A DNA stretch of 64,000 nucleotides from Trichoplax adhaerens (Eukaryota > Animalia > Placozoa). Numbering within the stretch: the first letter of the stretch is position 1; each line of letters opens with the position of its first letter. Of the stretch, positions 19,301 through 31,900 are shown in pieces. The translations under genes and the position numbers were made by a program. The DNA is taken from positions 9,378,011 through 9,442,010 of the forward strand of contig NW_002060945.1 in assembly GCF_000150275.1 (NCBI RefSeq). The letters run 5' to 3'. A model generated the notes under the pieces. That model saw only the letters and a program-made list of their open reading frames with translations. It was not told where the DNA came from and did no database searches.

Positions 19301-20766
19301 CTATCGATCAAAATCAAGTTGATACACTACCTGAAGAAGTTATCAGACGCTTTCCGATTGAAATTATAAATTCTGACAACCCACTCTTAAATCAAGATAT
19401 TAAATGTAGAATTTGTATGCTGCCATTTCAAATTCGTCAATACGTACGAAAACTTCCATGTAGACATAAGGTAAAATTTTACTCTTCTTGTTAATTGTTT
19501 CTGGCATACACATATTGCCATATTTAAGTATAATTCCCGTAGGTAATCAATATCTTCTTTTCATCAATACAGTTTCATGTTCAGTGTATAGACCATTGGT
19601 TAATGCATGAAAGATCATCATGTCCTATAGATGGCGAAATTATAAACCCTGTCCTCGATGGAGCTACTAGTATTGGTAGATGTAACCGTAACAATCGACG
19701 TAAAGCAGGACATCATCATAATCGTGGCCAAAGACATCATCGTCAAGGTCTGCTAGGCAACTATTAATGATTAATTATTATAATTGCATAGATAACAGAT
19801 GTATGATCATTTTAATAACTAGATCCAATAGAAGCTCCATCTTTAGCAGTAACCGCCGTTCAAATTAATCAATCTGGGACGGATTCTAATCAACTACAAA
19901 GGCACCGAGCTGAAAATCTATCTCATGAACATGCATTTCATCAGCGCAGCGTTGTTCATCGCCATCGAAATAGAGATCACAGTGTAAGGCCAGATACCGA
20001 TTTAGATTTTACCTTAAGTGGAGCGGGTTTACAAATATCAGATACCGGGTAAGCAATTAGTGTCGATATGGTAGCTCATATGATTTAAAATTGAACGCTA
20101 ACCGAAAGTTATATAAAATTGTACAGGCCACATCGTGATAATGATCTCATTCAAGTTAGACATGATAAAAAAATGTCTCGGCCGCCGTTATATCCAAAAC
20201 ATAAGGAGAAATATGGCTCCTCTAAGCCTTTACAACGAGCCGGTAATATGGCCGTTGTAGCACAAGGGGTAGCAACATCGATTGAACATAACCAAAACAC
20301 CTTATCATCAAATAATAGTAGAAGTTTTAGTGCAGAAGATCGCCAAAAAAACAATCGCAAATCTTCATTAACAAGAAAGCTTAGAAAGGTATCTCAGTTG
20401 TAAATATAGGGCTGTAAGCAGATTCTAAACTACACATTCTTTCGTTTCTTTACTATTTATAGACTGGTCAGTTTCATAATAATCTGCGTCTTTTTATTCT
20501 TCTAGACAACATCATTAACATCGTTAACGGCACCTGGTTTACCTTCAGTACATGGAAATAGAGTAAGCCGCAGTGATGAAGGATCAAAGGCAATAATAAA
20601 TACTACTACTAGTGGTGAATTAACGCGATCTAATAATCGAGTTCATAAAGGCTTAGCCATTGCTACGGTTATGAAGGTCAATCAAACAAGTATGACTGCT
20701 AGTAATAATACTAATCAAGACAACGGTGCAGCAGGACAAAAGAGACTAATCTTACCTCCAATTTAA
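16314..20766 (+). CDS. ZSWIM2: ZSWIM2/MEX-like E3 ligase (SWIM, RING, ZZ, RING), multi-exon
   Basis: MSRRRPWRR...QTGPTGFVIKED; SWIM HSCTCRTFEKEKELCIHILW (~16933-17010); RING CPICQEEL...CGNNTHIKCIKIW...CPLCR; ZZ CNNCRQCPIAGNCYRCAICYDYNLCHAC..HSQHSF; REIENEDYELLLQLD; second RING CRICMLPF...LPCRHKFHVQCIDHWL...CPID. The low-complexity C-terminal exons and the stop at 20764-20766 are less certain. Confidence 0.88.
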
Positions 20767-22441
20767 TTGGTTATATTAATAGTATTATTCTGTATTTAAT
20801 AACTGTAATATAAATATGTAAAAGTAAAAGTCAGATGCAAACGTTATTAATGCGGGAGAAAGATATAAAAGATATTGATTAATTCTACTAACACTTGTAA
20901 AAATTTTGTACTCAATTGTACTCAATAGACTGAGAATAATCGATATCACGTAATTAAAATAACTTCTATACCCAATTAGATGATTCAGTCAAGTAACTTC
21001 GAATACATATAGTGTATGACATATTTTCTCTTAGTGACTAATTAATTTATATATATATATGTAATATAATTGAGTTAATTTTTATTCAATTTTATATTAG
21101 CTGTAAATTTGACATTGATTTATAGTTCGTTATTATGATCTTAATAACAGCAACAGTCTATCGCATTTGTTGCAATAAGATATTCCCAAATGGGATACTT
21201 GTATGCGATAAGTATATATTGTAAAAATGCAGTTGTATACTATGATATAATCATACATCAACTTTAATTATCTTTTTCATTCCTATCATTTATTACATGA
21301 ATCAACATCATGTTACCTTATGATGATTGGATTTATTATTTTATTTTAAATTCAGGCAACGTGCCTGTATTTCGACTTTTAATGTACTGTAATCCTAATT
21401 ATATATGTTACAGTATATTAAATTATTTTATTATCGTATATGTTATATAGGTATTTATTTCAAATTAAATTTTATATTTAGCTTAATTTACTTTATCGAT
21501 TTTATAATGAAAGATAAGATGGACTACATTCATGTCACTCATAATTGAGTTGTCGATATACCTTACATCAATCAGTACTATGACAAACAAAATTCGATCG
21601 TCGGGTCACAATCTATAACAAACATGTCGTATATTGGGATTAGAATCTATAATTAATGTGTTGGTAGCATAGTTATCAACGAGCTGGTGGGGTTTCGATA
21701 TGTTAAACTACTATAGTACTAACCTATAATTACAATAGTGTAAATCACAAATTTACAACTAATATAGAGCTACTGCACATTGCACTATACAGTAAAGTAA
21801 AAAGCACAAGTATAGTAAGCGAAATATGACGGGTTAAGGATCTACTAGTACGTATAATAATACAGTATGCATAGTACGTACGCGCCCTTATTAGTATGTT
21901 TTCGTCCAGTGGCAAACAGTGTTCTAGTCGAATCCAGTCAATTTATTGTATTGTACGATGATGTATGAGTAGTTAACAATTTTCCAATTAGTACAACTGG
22001 GCATTTATTGTTAGTTACTTACTTAATTACCTCTATTGTACTGTATGTTTATGTTTATTCGTAGAAGTGTTCGGTACATAACGAAATTCTTCATCTAGCC
22101 GCAGACCTGTAGTAATTGCTATATTTCTATTAAATGTATGTATTACATTGTGTCATCGAATAGTCTTTAAGGGTTGCTAACTTAAGATTTAGCATTCATA
22201 ATTACGAGAAATTTTCTATTAGCACATTCTACTAATATCATCAGCCTGTCATTCAGTCAGTCACAAGAAACGAAAAGTCCAATAAATTAAAACATTTGTA
22301 ATCGATTATTTATAATATTTCATCTCCAAGCAACATAACATATAAGCAAACGCCCAGTAATATGAATTAATTTATAAATTCTACCAAAATCTAAAATAAG
22401 GTGAAGAATAGACAGTAATCGTTGCAATAAGTTTATAAACC

Positions 22442-24416
22442 ATGGCTTACGGACCAAAGGCAGCCATCGATGACTACTTTGAATACACAAGGTGCGTTCA
22501 ATGGTAACTAAGTTCATTTTAAACAAATTTAAACTAACCGTTTGTAATGAGAATATCTGTTAAAGTAGCCTGATTTCTAAATTTTAATGTTTTATGCCAT
22601 AAAATAGCTATAACTATTAATAGCAGCTAGTCTATTTTTTAACGATATCTAACTCTTTGACCTATCATCATCAATTCTAAATCCAAGTACAAATCCTTTT
22701 AAAATTACATAAACATAAAATTTCAGTTTATCGTTTAAAAAGCTATATACAGTAGTTACTAGGATAAGTCAGCATGAAGCAATTACTTAGAGCGTTTGTA
22801 TCCTTTCTAAGCCAATGGAAGCTCTAAGCAAGTCATTATAACAAGTATAAGAAACAAAGTAAAATTTACAATTTCGATATATTTTAGTCATTGCAAATTG
22901 TTAATGAACTGTCGTTATAAGAGAAAGGCATTAAGCGAAATAACAATATAGACTTAAGCTGTATATACGAATAGATGAACCGTTCCATTAGAAACGAGTT
23001 TCAGAAGTTAATACATTTATGTATCGTTTCTTGTGTCCATTCCACTTCCATAGAATTGTAGGTGATGACGATGGTGGCAAGTTGTTTACACCTCAGGAGT
23101 ACGAGAAATATAAAAAAAGAGTTCTACCTATACGTGCTAAAAATCGGTTATACGTGAGTTGGACTTCCCCTACTGGCATCGATTGTAAATTGATTGGTCC
23201 AGAAACACCATGTTTTTGTACACATAGGTCAGAACAACACTCATCGTTGCTAACATTGGTTGCAATCTATTACTTTTATCATCGTGTTATGCTGTATCCT
23301 TTCCTCCTTCAATTTAGACATAAGGATTGTCAATAAATATTACAGCAGATCCTGAATTAGTTTTGAACTGACGACTATCCAATCTATTCTAGATATAAAC
23401 AACATAAGACCGATTTTGAAGTTATTCCATCTGAACGACCAATTGCGATGCCATGCCGAGCAAAAGGATGTTTGTGTAAATCATATCATTACATTCCCGC
23501 AATGGGCTCACAGCACATAAAGTGTAGCGCTTGCAAGCATCCATCGAATGAACATTCACCTAAATCTCCGTACAAGTGTGCCAGGAGCAACTGTGGTAGC
23601 AAACAATGTCAAGGTAAATAATATCACGGAACAAGTTATGCCGGATGACCAAATTTAGAAATATACTTTAATTAATTAGCCTCCTCTTTATGATGACTTA
23701 AAGCGGATAAATGATATTTATAAATATTATAATTAATCATTACATGCTGCAAAAAGAAAACGACAAGTAAGTTTACGTTAGTACACATCTTTGAAGATCA
23801 GATACTACTTTCAATACTACATTTCAGACCACTAACTATTGTCGGTATTAATATACTATTCCCATTTATAGCCTGATTTTCTGTAGGATATTAGCTTTAC
23901 AGTATTTGGTACCTTTCAATTTAGTACTAGTTACAATAAACGAATAACTTGTCGAGAATCAGCTCAGAGATAAATTTCAATTGTTGATTAATTTAGGATT
24001 TAAAACTTCCTATACATGCTTGTGTGGTGAACTCGCTAATAAACATCAGACAATTATTGAAACCAAAGAGGAAAGAGAAAATCGTGGCCACCCTGTTAGT
24101 AAAGACGACGTTCCGTATATTGCTATGGGAGGTTTAACAGGTAATAGAACTAATATTAGATTAATTTCAGTGGCCAAAACAATTCTCTACTATATTACTA
24201 AAATACATCCTAATATTCCTAGGATTTAGCTCTTTAGCTGAAGGGTATATACGATGCGATCCAAGTGGTGCTGGTCAAATTTCAAAGGAGCAATTAAATC
24301 AACCTATTACTTCAAGCGATCATCCTTTTCTTAGGACTTACGGCATCCCACCTATGAATAAAATAAAAGCTAAATCTGGCAAATCGTCAACTTGTAAACT
24401 TGTCAAAAAACAGTAA
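22442..24416 (+). CDS. FAM221A: FAM221A-like Cys/His-rich protein, 5 exons
   Basis: MAYGPKAAIDDYFEYTR|IVGDDDGGKLFTPQEYEKYKKRVLP...WTSPTGIDCKLIGPETPCFCTHR|YKQHKTD...|...ETKEER...PYIAMGGLT|GFSSLAEGYIRCD matches recalled FAM221A motifs. The exact 3' end is uncertain (stop 24414-24416 if there is no further splice). Confidence 0.88.
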
Positions 24417-25370
24417 ATTCAAACCTCATAATTCGAACTAATTATAAATAACGAGGCAGATATTACTATATCGTTTTCCAATTCGTAAAGATCGAATGCA
24501 TACTAAATTCTTCTACAGTCATCACAATTATATTCATTAGTTTATTAATGCAAAACAGAAGAATAAGTTTATTTTGGATTAAACATATAACAATTCTATT
24601 CCTATCTGCTAGGCTAGATTTATATGTTTTTTTTACATTGTACGCAATCTTTATTAAATAATAATAACATTAATGGAATTTCCGCATTCCTTTTCTAGGA
24701 AAATTTAATGTAGAAAGTTTTAAAACCGTAATTACTAATAAGTACTGGTGCAATTACGTCTATTATAGCTGATAGACAATAAATGTTGTGGAAGGTTAAT
24801 AATAATAACGCAATGATACAGCAATCATGACATTTACCCACTAGATATTTGCTATACGTAAACCGTTTCATTCTCATTTTTACAAAGCTATTTCTCTTCT
24901 GTACAGCGTACAATTTTAGTAAAATCTTTACGTTGTTTAGTAGGACAGATATCAAAGACACAAAGATATACTGTGTCGCTGTCAGGTAAACGATCGGCTC
25001 CTCAAATCAGAGTACAGAAGAACTTACTAATCCATCTTATAAATTAGTCAGCGATTTGTAAGCAGATAAAACACCATTTACAAATTTTAAGCTACCATTC
25101 TGGGTTTCAAAACCTTTTTCTCTTACCAGGATGCTGAACATATTAAGATATACGACATTTAGCAATGAATTTTCCATGCTTTCTTTTGAAAAGCGTAACT
25201 ATGGAAGACTACTTTTACTAACCTCTAACGAAGTCTAATGATGTAATACCAGCTTAACTATAATACAAGGAAGTCCAATTAAAAATGATAGGCTGAAGAT
25301 GTCGGTGGTAGCTTTACTGTTAAATTAAAATCTAAATGTACTTGCCGATACAAAATTGTTAATTTTCTGA

Positions 25371-25915
25371 TTAGGTTATTACGCATTGTTGATCTTCTAA
25401 CGACTCAGCCGTTTTCATATAAGCGATAGTCTGAATTAATTGAACAAATGCAAGTTCAGTTTTAGAGTACGTTGTTGCCGATGTTTCAATATATCGATGT
25501 TGAAATGAACTCGCCAATAATTCACCTTCTTGAAAGGTAATTTGCCGTTTGTAGCTTTTTGCATCATTCTTATTACCAACAATAATACAAGGAAAATCGG
25601 TTCCAGTCACTTGGCTTAAACTTTGATAGTAATTACCAATATCGTCAAATGATTGCCAGTCGTCAACGGAAAATACTAACATTACACCATCAATATCCTG
25701 TAAAATCGATTGGTAGCTAGATAGTGCTGAGTTTGCTGCTAATTTACTAACAATTATCTTTAATTTGATCGAGTACTGACCAAATTTTAGTATCTTTTTA
25801 AATTGACTGGATCTATATGAGCTTCTGTCAGGTGGATAACGTTTTTTACAATACTGACATGCTATTGCAGTCTTACCGACATTTGAATGACCAAACAAGA
25901 CAATCTTAACTGGAT
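25371..25915 (-). other. Ras-superfamily G-domain (degenerate G2/G3) plus CAAX within the giant ORF
   Basis: GxxxxGKT, NKxD and ETSA motifs occur in canonical order and spacing. The effector loop reads YPPDRSSYRSSQF, and the G3 position reads KIIVSKLAAN instead of xIxDTAG. Confidence 0.88.
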
Positions 25916-28900
25916 TTTTAGGTATGCTCGTTTTATGCGAGCTTTTTGATAACGATCTGATCCGATGATTTAAATGCTTTAATTTTATACGAAAAGATTC
26001 ACTTTCACCGCTCGTATTGTCTCCGTCCGGATCACTGTCAGATAGAAGGTTAAAATTAGATTCTAAGTAAACAGATGAACGCTCATCACAGCTATCTGTA
26101 TCTTCATAGTGAGAAAGACGTATATGGGCCTCATCTTGAACGTTTTTAGCATATGCTGAATCTACAGAACTGGTAGCGTGTGTATTTGCGTTAAGGTATT
26201 CGGATTCCTTACAAATTGAAGCAACTTTCTCTTGTTCCTCTATATCATAACGAGAAGAGTGTGCATTCGGATCCTCTCTATCTGAGAGAGTAAATTCTGA
26301 TCCTACGTAAGTTGGGGTTATTTCATTATGGCTCACAACATTCTTGCGAGACGAAAGCTCTTCTGAATCGTCATGGAGAGCAATACCGGTTGACTCTTGG
26401 TTCAGTGGAATGCTTCTATATAGGCAATCTCGATCAATGTTATCTTCTTGCAAAGGAGTATATTCACGTCCAGTGTCCTCTTCACATATTGAGCTAGCTG
26501 TCGATTCTAGACTATTTGATAGATTTACGTGCAGGACAGTTTCAATCAGGGGAATATTATCATTACAGTTAGATGAATGGTGGTTACAATCCATTTCATT
26601 GAGTAATGCCGGAAAAGTAGATTGAGACTGATTTCCTGATTGATAATTCGCGACTGACGGATCCGACAAGGATAAATTCAATATTCCAGGACTCTTTTGA
26701 TCTTCAATCGATAAACTTTCCATGCTATAAAACGTGATTTGGCTTTCATCTGATTGATGGTCGATTTTATTCATAGACTGATGAAGTTCATCCAAAGCTA
26801 CATTGTTTGCACTATAATACAACCGTTTAGCATAAATTTCAGATTTGTCGAAACCTTCAATTTGATTTTGGTACTTTATTGAAATGTTATCCATGCTATA
26901 AAACGTAAGTTTTTCAAGATGCAAGGAACCATTATTATCATCATGATTATATATGATTTCCGTTTCTGAAAAACGGCGTCTCGGCCGAAGTTTATGGGTG
27001 TCACGCGCTTCCATACTTGCAAAACTGGTGTTTGAATAGGACTTTAAATTATCAGCAATCACTTCCTGAATTTCTTCGGACACAATGCTTCCAACTGAAC
27101 TACAATCCAATTGATAGGATTCATCCTTATTACTGAAGCTATCACGAATCTCGTGTAGACTTTCATTGAAGCAGGCATTAGCTGTTAATTCAATTGTATA
27201 GCTCTCACAAATTTCATCTTTAATTTTATTGTCAGTTAGTTTAGATGTTAACTCCGGAATACCACCAGCGTTGCCATCCTTTCCAAATTTTGCTCCATCC
27301 AAATTAGACGTAAACCTTTCACTCTTATCGTCACACGCATTTTGTCTTATCAAACTTTCTGAGGAATCTACTAAGCTATAATCAGGTTCTTGACAAGTTT
27401 TTTCAACTTCCATTTCGACTATGCTAGCCTTTAGCTGACGTTTGATATCTTTCCGAATATCTTCTACAGATTCATGTTTAGTTGAATTATAAAGTAACGT
27501 ACTAATATCGTTCCCAACAATTTTCTCTCCACTGTCTTCTCCAAAAACCTCAGTATTTTCGTAATTATCATCTTCCTTACAGGTTTGATAGCCAATAACA
27601 GCTTCGGCTGTGCTCAAGTGAAACTTACAGTTATCGTCACCGTCATTGCTTTCCTTGATCTTTGCTCTGGACGAGGAAGTTGACAATATGCTATGGCCGT
27701 CATAATCATTATTTCCAACTAATTCAATTTCTTGATTACAATTATCTTCCTCGCTAATCTCCTCTGTAAACTTACCAAGATTTATTATAATATCTTTCGG
27801 TGTCAAGCTATCACTTTCATCTCGTATTTTCTTACCAACTTTCTCTGGGTTTGAATTTGTCAAGCGTGTGAATCTGTCATTCTTATAAATGTCCGTAACT
27901 GTCTCATTATCTGTCAAGTTTACAGATGGTTTGATGTGATCTAAACAAGCATATCCTAATGCACCCTTATCATTATGAATTTGTAAATCTTGTTCTAGCC
28001 TTAATTTATTGCATTTATTCTCGTAACAAATACCTACAAACTTAGAATTCTCCTTCTCTATTCTAGAAAGAATAGTTCGAACAGCATCTACTTGGTCTAT
28101 TCTTAATTGCTTTAACTTTTCCTGATAAGTATTTCGTAAGAATTCCGTTCCTTTTCTAGCTTTGGAATTGAAGCTTTGTAAAATACTCTCTTGTTCTATC
28201 CCTACAGTCTCTAGCTTCTTGCTACAATTATCACCGGCAGCTTCCTTTTCTTTTTCAAGTATTGCGTATAATTTCTGGATTATATTTTCCTGTTCTAACC
28301 TTAATTGACTCAACTCACCTTCATAGAAATGCACAGAAAATTTCCATACTTTTCTAGGTTGATAACTTATATTATTGTTCTTATATTCTTGTTCGATTCC
28401 CAACCGATTTAGGTTTCCACTGCAGTCACTGCCATCGTTTTCTTCTGGAAAGGTAAAATGCAATTTTTCGATGTCATATCTGCATTCTTGGCGAAGCCGG
28501 CTCAATTTATCTCCAGTCCGACTTATCAAAGCCTTCCACTCCTTGCTCGAATTTGATAACAGCGTTTGCAAGATGTGATCTTGCTCAATACATAACTGAT
28601 TTAATCTTTCATCATAATAACTAAGGAAATTCTCTTTCTCCTTTTTAAGCTCATAAAATAAATTCTTAACAATCTCTATTTCTTCTTTTTCAACTACATG
28701 TAGTATCTCTTGATACTGAGATATAATCGTTTCTTTCTCCGATTCGAATTGCTTATACAAGTTATCGTTGCTACGCTCGTATTCCAGTGTCTGCTGATTT
28801 AATACCTCTGCTTGTTGATTAGCCAATGCTTTCTCCCTAGCAATCAATGAGTGAATGCTTTCAATGGTCTCTATATCTCTTTGATGCTGGCTTTGTAGAC

Positions 28901-31900
28901 TTTTTATTTCTTTCATGTACTTATAATCCATCTTTTCCATTTCGTTTTGATGCTGGTATTGGGTATTTTTCAACTCCACTTGATAATCATTTGCATTCTT
29001 TGTCATTAAACTTTCAATTTCTTGATATTGACGATTTAAATCGTGTACGGCGTTATCATAACTCTCTCGTAAATAAGTAATCTGATGCTGAAATTCATCA
29101 TGAATGCTTCGTATTTCTTGTTGATAACAATCCTTAATGGTTTGAATTTCATGTTTATTTTTTGACTGAATTTCCCCAGTTGCTATTAGGTGTCGGTCAC
29201 GGATATCTTGTAATTCCGATTGATGTTCATGCATAAGAGTATTTACGGCATTCGTTGCCTTCAGATATTTATCTTCCAATTCACAAAGCTGGCGCTGATA
29301 AGTTTCAGTTGTATGGGCTATTGTGCTTTGACGTTCATTTATGATATTTATTTCATTCCGGTATTCCATTCTGATATTTTGCAGTTCCATTCCATGCTCA
29401 TTTCGGATTTGTAGGATCTCTTCTTCGTGTAAATTTTGGATATTTATTAACTTCCTATCACATTTTACAACTTCTTGCTCCTTTTCATTGTTAACCTTAT
29501 TACAATTAATAACGGCATCTCGTTCCTTTATATTATAACTTTCACTTGATACTTCCTGTTGATACTGATGATTAGAGCTGATTATTTGCAACTCATCTCC
29601 ATGCCCATCTTCGGTATTTCGCATTGTACATTCATAATTTTCATGATGCTTACTTTGAATGCATTGCAATTCTAACTGGTGTTCATTTTGAATATCCTCT
29701 ATCTTTTGTAGATGACTTGCTTTCATCCGAGCTAAGCTACTACGAAATTCTTGTTTCTCCAGCTCAGATTCATTCGCAATATTTGCTATCTGATAGCTAT
29801 ATTTATCTTTTAAAACTTGCACCTCTATACAATGTTTGCCCTGAATTTTTTGTAGTTCTTCTTGATGTGTATCATCAACACCTATCAGTTCCATCTGATC
29901 GTCATTTCGTACATCTTGCAACTCTTCGGTATGAATAACAGCACAACCAGACCTATTATAATTATCATTATATTCTCCGATTAACTCTTGAATTTTTAAT
30001 TCATAATTTTCAATTATATCGGATGCTTGACGTTGAGATTCATCTCGAATCTGTTGAACCTCTGCCTTTTGTTCTCTTATTATTGATTCAATTTGTAAAT
30101 TATGTTCACGAGATAAGATGTCTATCTTCTGTACTGCCTCATCTCGAACGCGTTTTACATCCTTTTGATGGGCTTCCTCTATAACTGTTAATTTTCTTCG
30201 ATAGTCCTCATCTTTTAATCGAAATTTATTTTGAAGGGATAATACTTCTTTGTCATGAGCTTCCTGTAATTGGCACAATCTTTCATCGAATATTCTCGCC
30301 TGATTGTCAATTTGTAGCTGGTGATTTTCTCTGGTTGTCGCCAATTTACCCTCATAATCTTTTTTTAAATAGTCTGATCGGTCGTCGTATGCCTTCTTCT
30401 GCTCCTCCAGCTGTAATTGATAACCATTGAAATTCATAATTTCTCTTCCCCGAGCTTCCTGTAATTTAATCGAATAACTGCTCAAAGTTGCTTCTGACTC
30501 CTCCAATTGCTTCTGGTATTTACTTTCAACTGCAATTAGCTCTCGAGCATGATCAATATGTATTTGACCGATATTTTCTTCAAAGGCTGTTTTCTGTTCT
30601 TGTAATTGAGTTTTGTGGTTACTTTGACATACGGCCATTTCTTTATCATAAGCTTGACGAGAATGATCTAATTTAATTTTAAATGCCTTCTCTTGCGTAT
30701 CGAATTTTATCTGATATACAGAATGCAAATTTGCTATTTCCTCATTTTGAGTAAGTTGCAACTGATTTAGCTTAGCATTCATTTTATCCTCTAGCTCATC
30801 CATTTTTAATTGGTAAAAACGTTGTGTTTCTACAATTTTTTCGTCTTTAGCTCGAAGTGTTTGACTTAAACCGTCTTCACATAATTTTTTTCGTTCTTTC
30901 AACTGCTGTTGATGATCATCGCGAATATTTTCAATTTCTCTTTCGTGGGATATTCGCAAATTATTTATAATATTATGCAATTCCTTCTCCTGTTCCTGTA
31001 ATTGCACCTTATGAAATCCTTTCAATATCTCCATTTCCTTTATTTGAATTATTTTCAACTTATTTATTTCTTCTTCATAAACATTTTCTTGCATTTTCAT
31101 TTGCATACGATAAACGTCTCGAGCCGTTGCTATGTCCAAAGAATGATTTCGACTTTGATCATTAATTCTTTCTATCAACGCTTCTCGTTGCCATTTTAGC
31201 ATCTTTCGGTGGGTCTTAATTGTTTTAGCTAATTCTTCATCATGACTCCGGTGTTTTTTCTTTAATTTATTTTCATACGTAAACTGCAGTTGCACCAATT
31301 GTAACTGTTGACTATTTTTAGCCGTAGCCATTTCTGCGCTATGTTCTTCCAGTAATCTATCTCGTTTAGTTTGGAAGTTCTTCTCCTGTTCCAGTATCCA
31401 CTCTTGATAACTACGTTTAGCTGTTACCATATCTTCCGCGTGAACATAATCTATATGCTTTAATTTCTCTTCAAAAAATTTTTGTTTTTTCTCTAATTCT
31501 TTTTCATGTCTATCTTTAACAGAAACTATTTTCTTATCATAGTCAGCCTGTAATCGTTTAGATTTTTCATCGGAAACTTTCTTTTCATCGTCTAACAGGA
31601 TTTGATAATCGTCTCGCAGTGCCGTAATTTTTTTGGTATAAACTTCATTAAAGTCTTTAATTTTATCTTCATACATTTTCTCTTGATTATTCAATTGCAG
31701 TTGGTAACTATCAGTAATCATCAACAATTGTTCGTCATAATCTTTCTTGCATTGATTTAAATCATCCTGGAATGCTTTCTTCCATTCTTCTTGAGCTAAA
31801 ATCATGTCATTATCAAAATTTCGTTTTAGGTGCTTCAATGCATCCTCTGTTACTTTATCTTGGTTCTTTAGTTTTACTTCGTAATTTTTTTCGGCTATAA

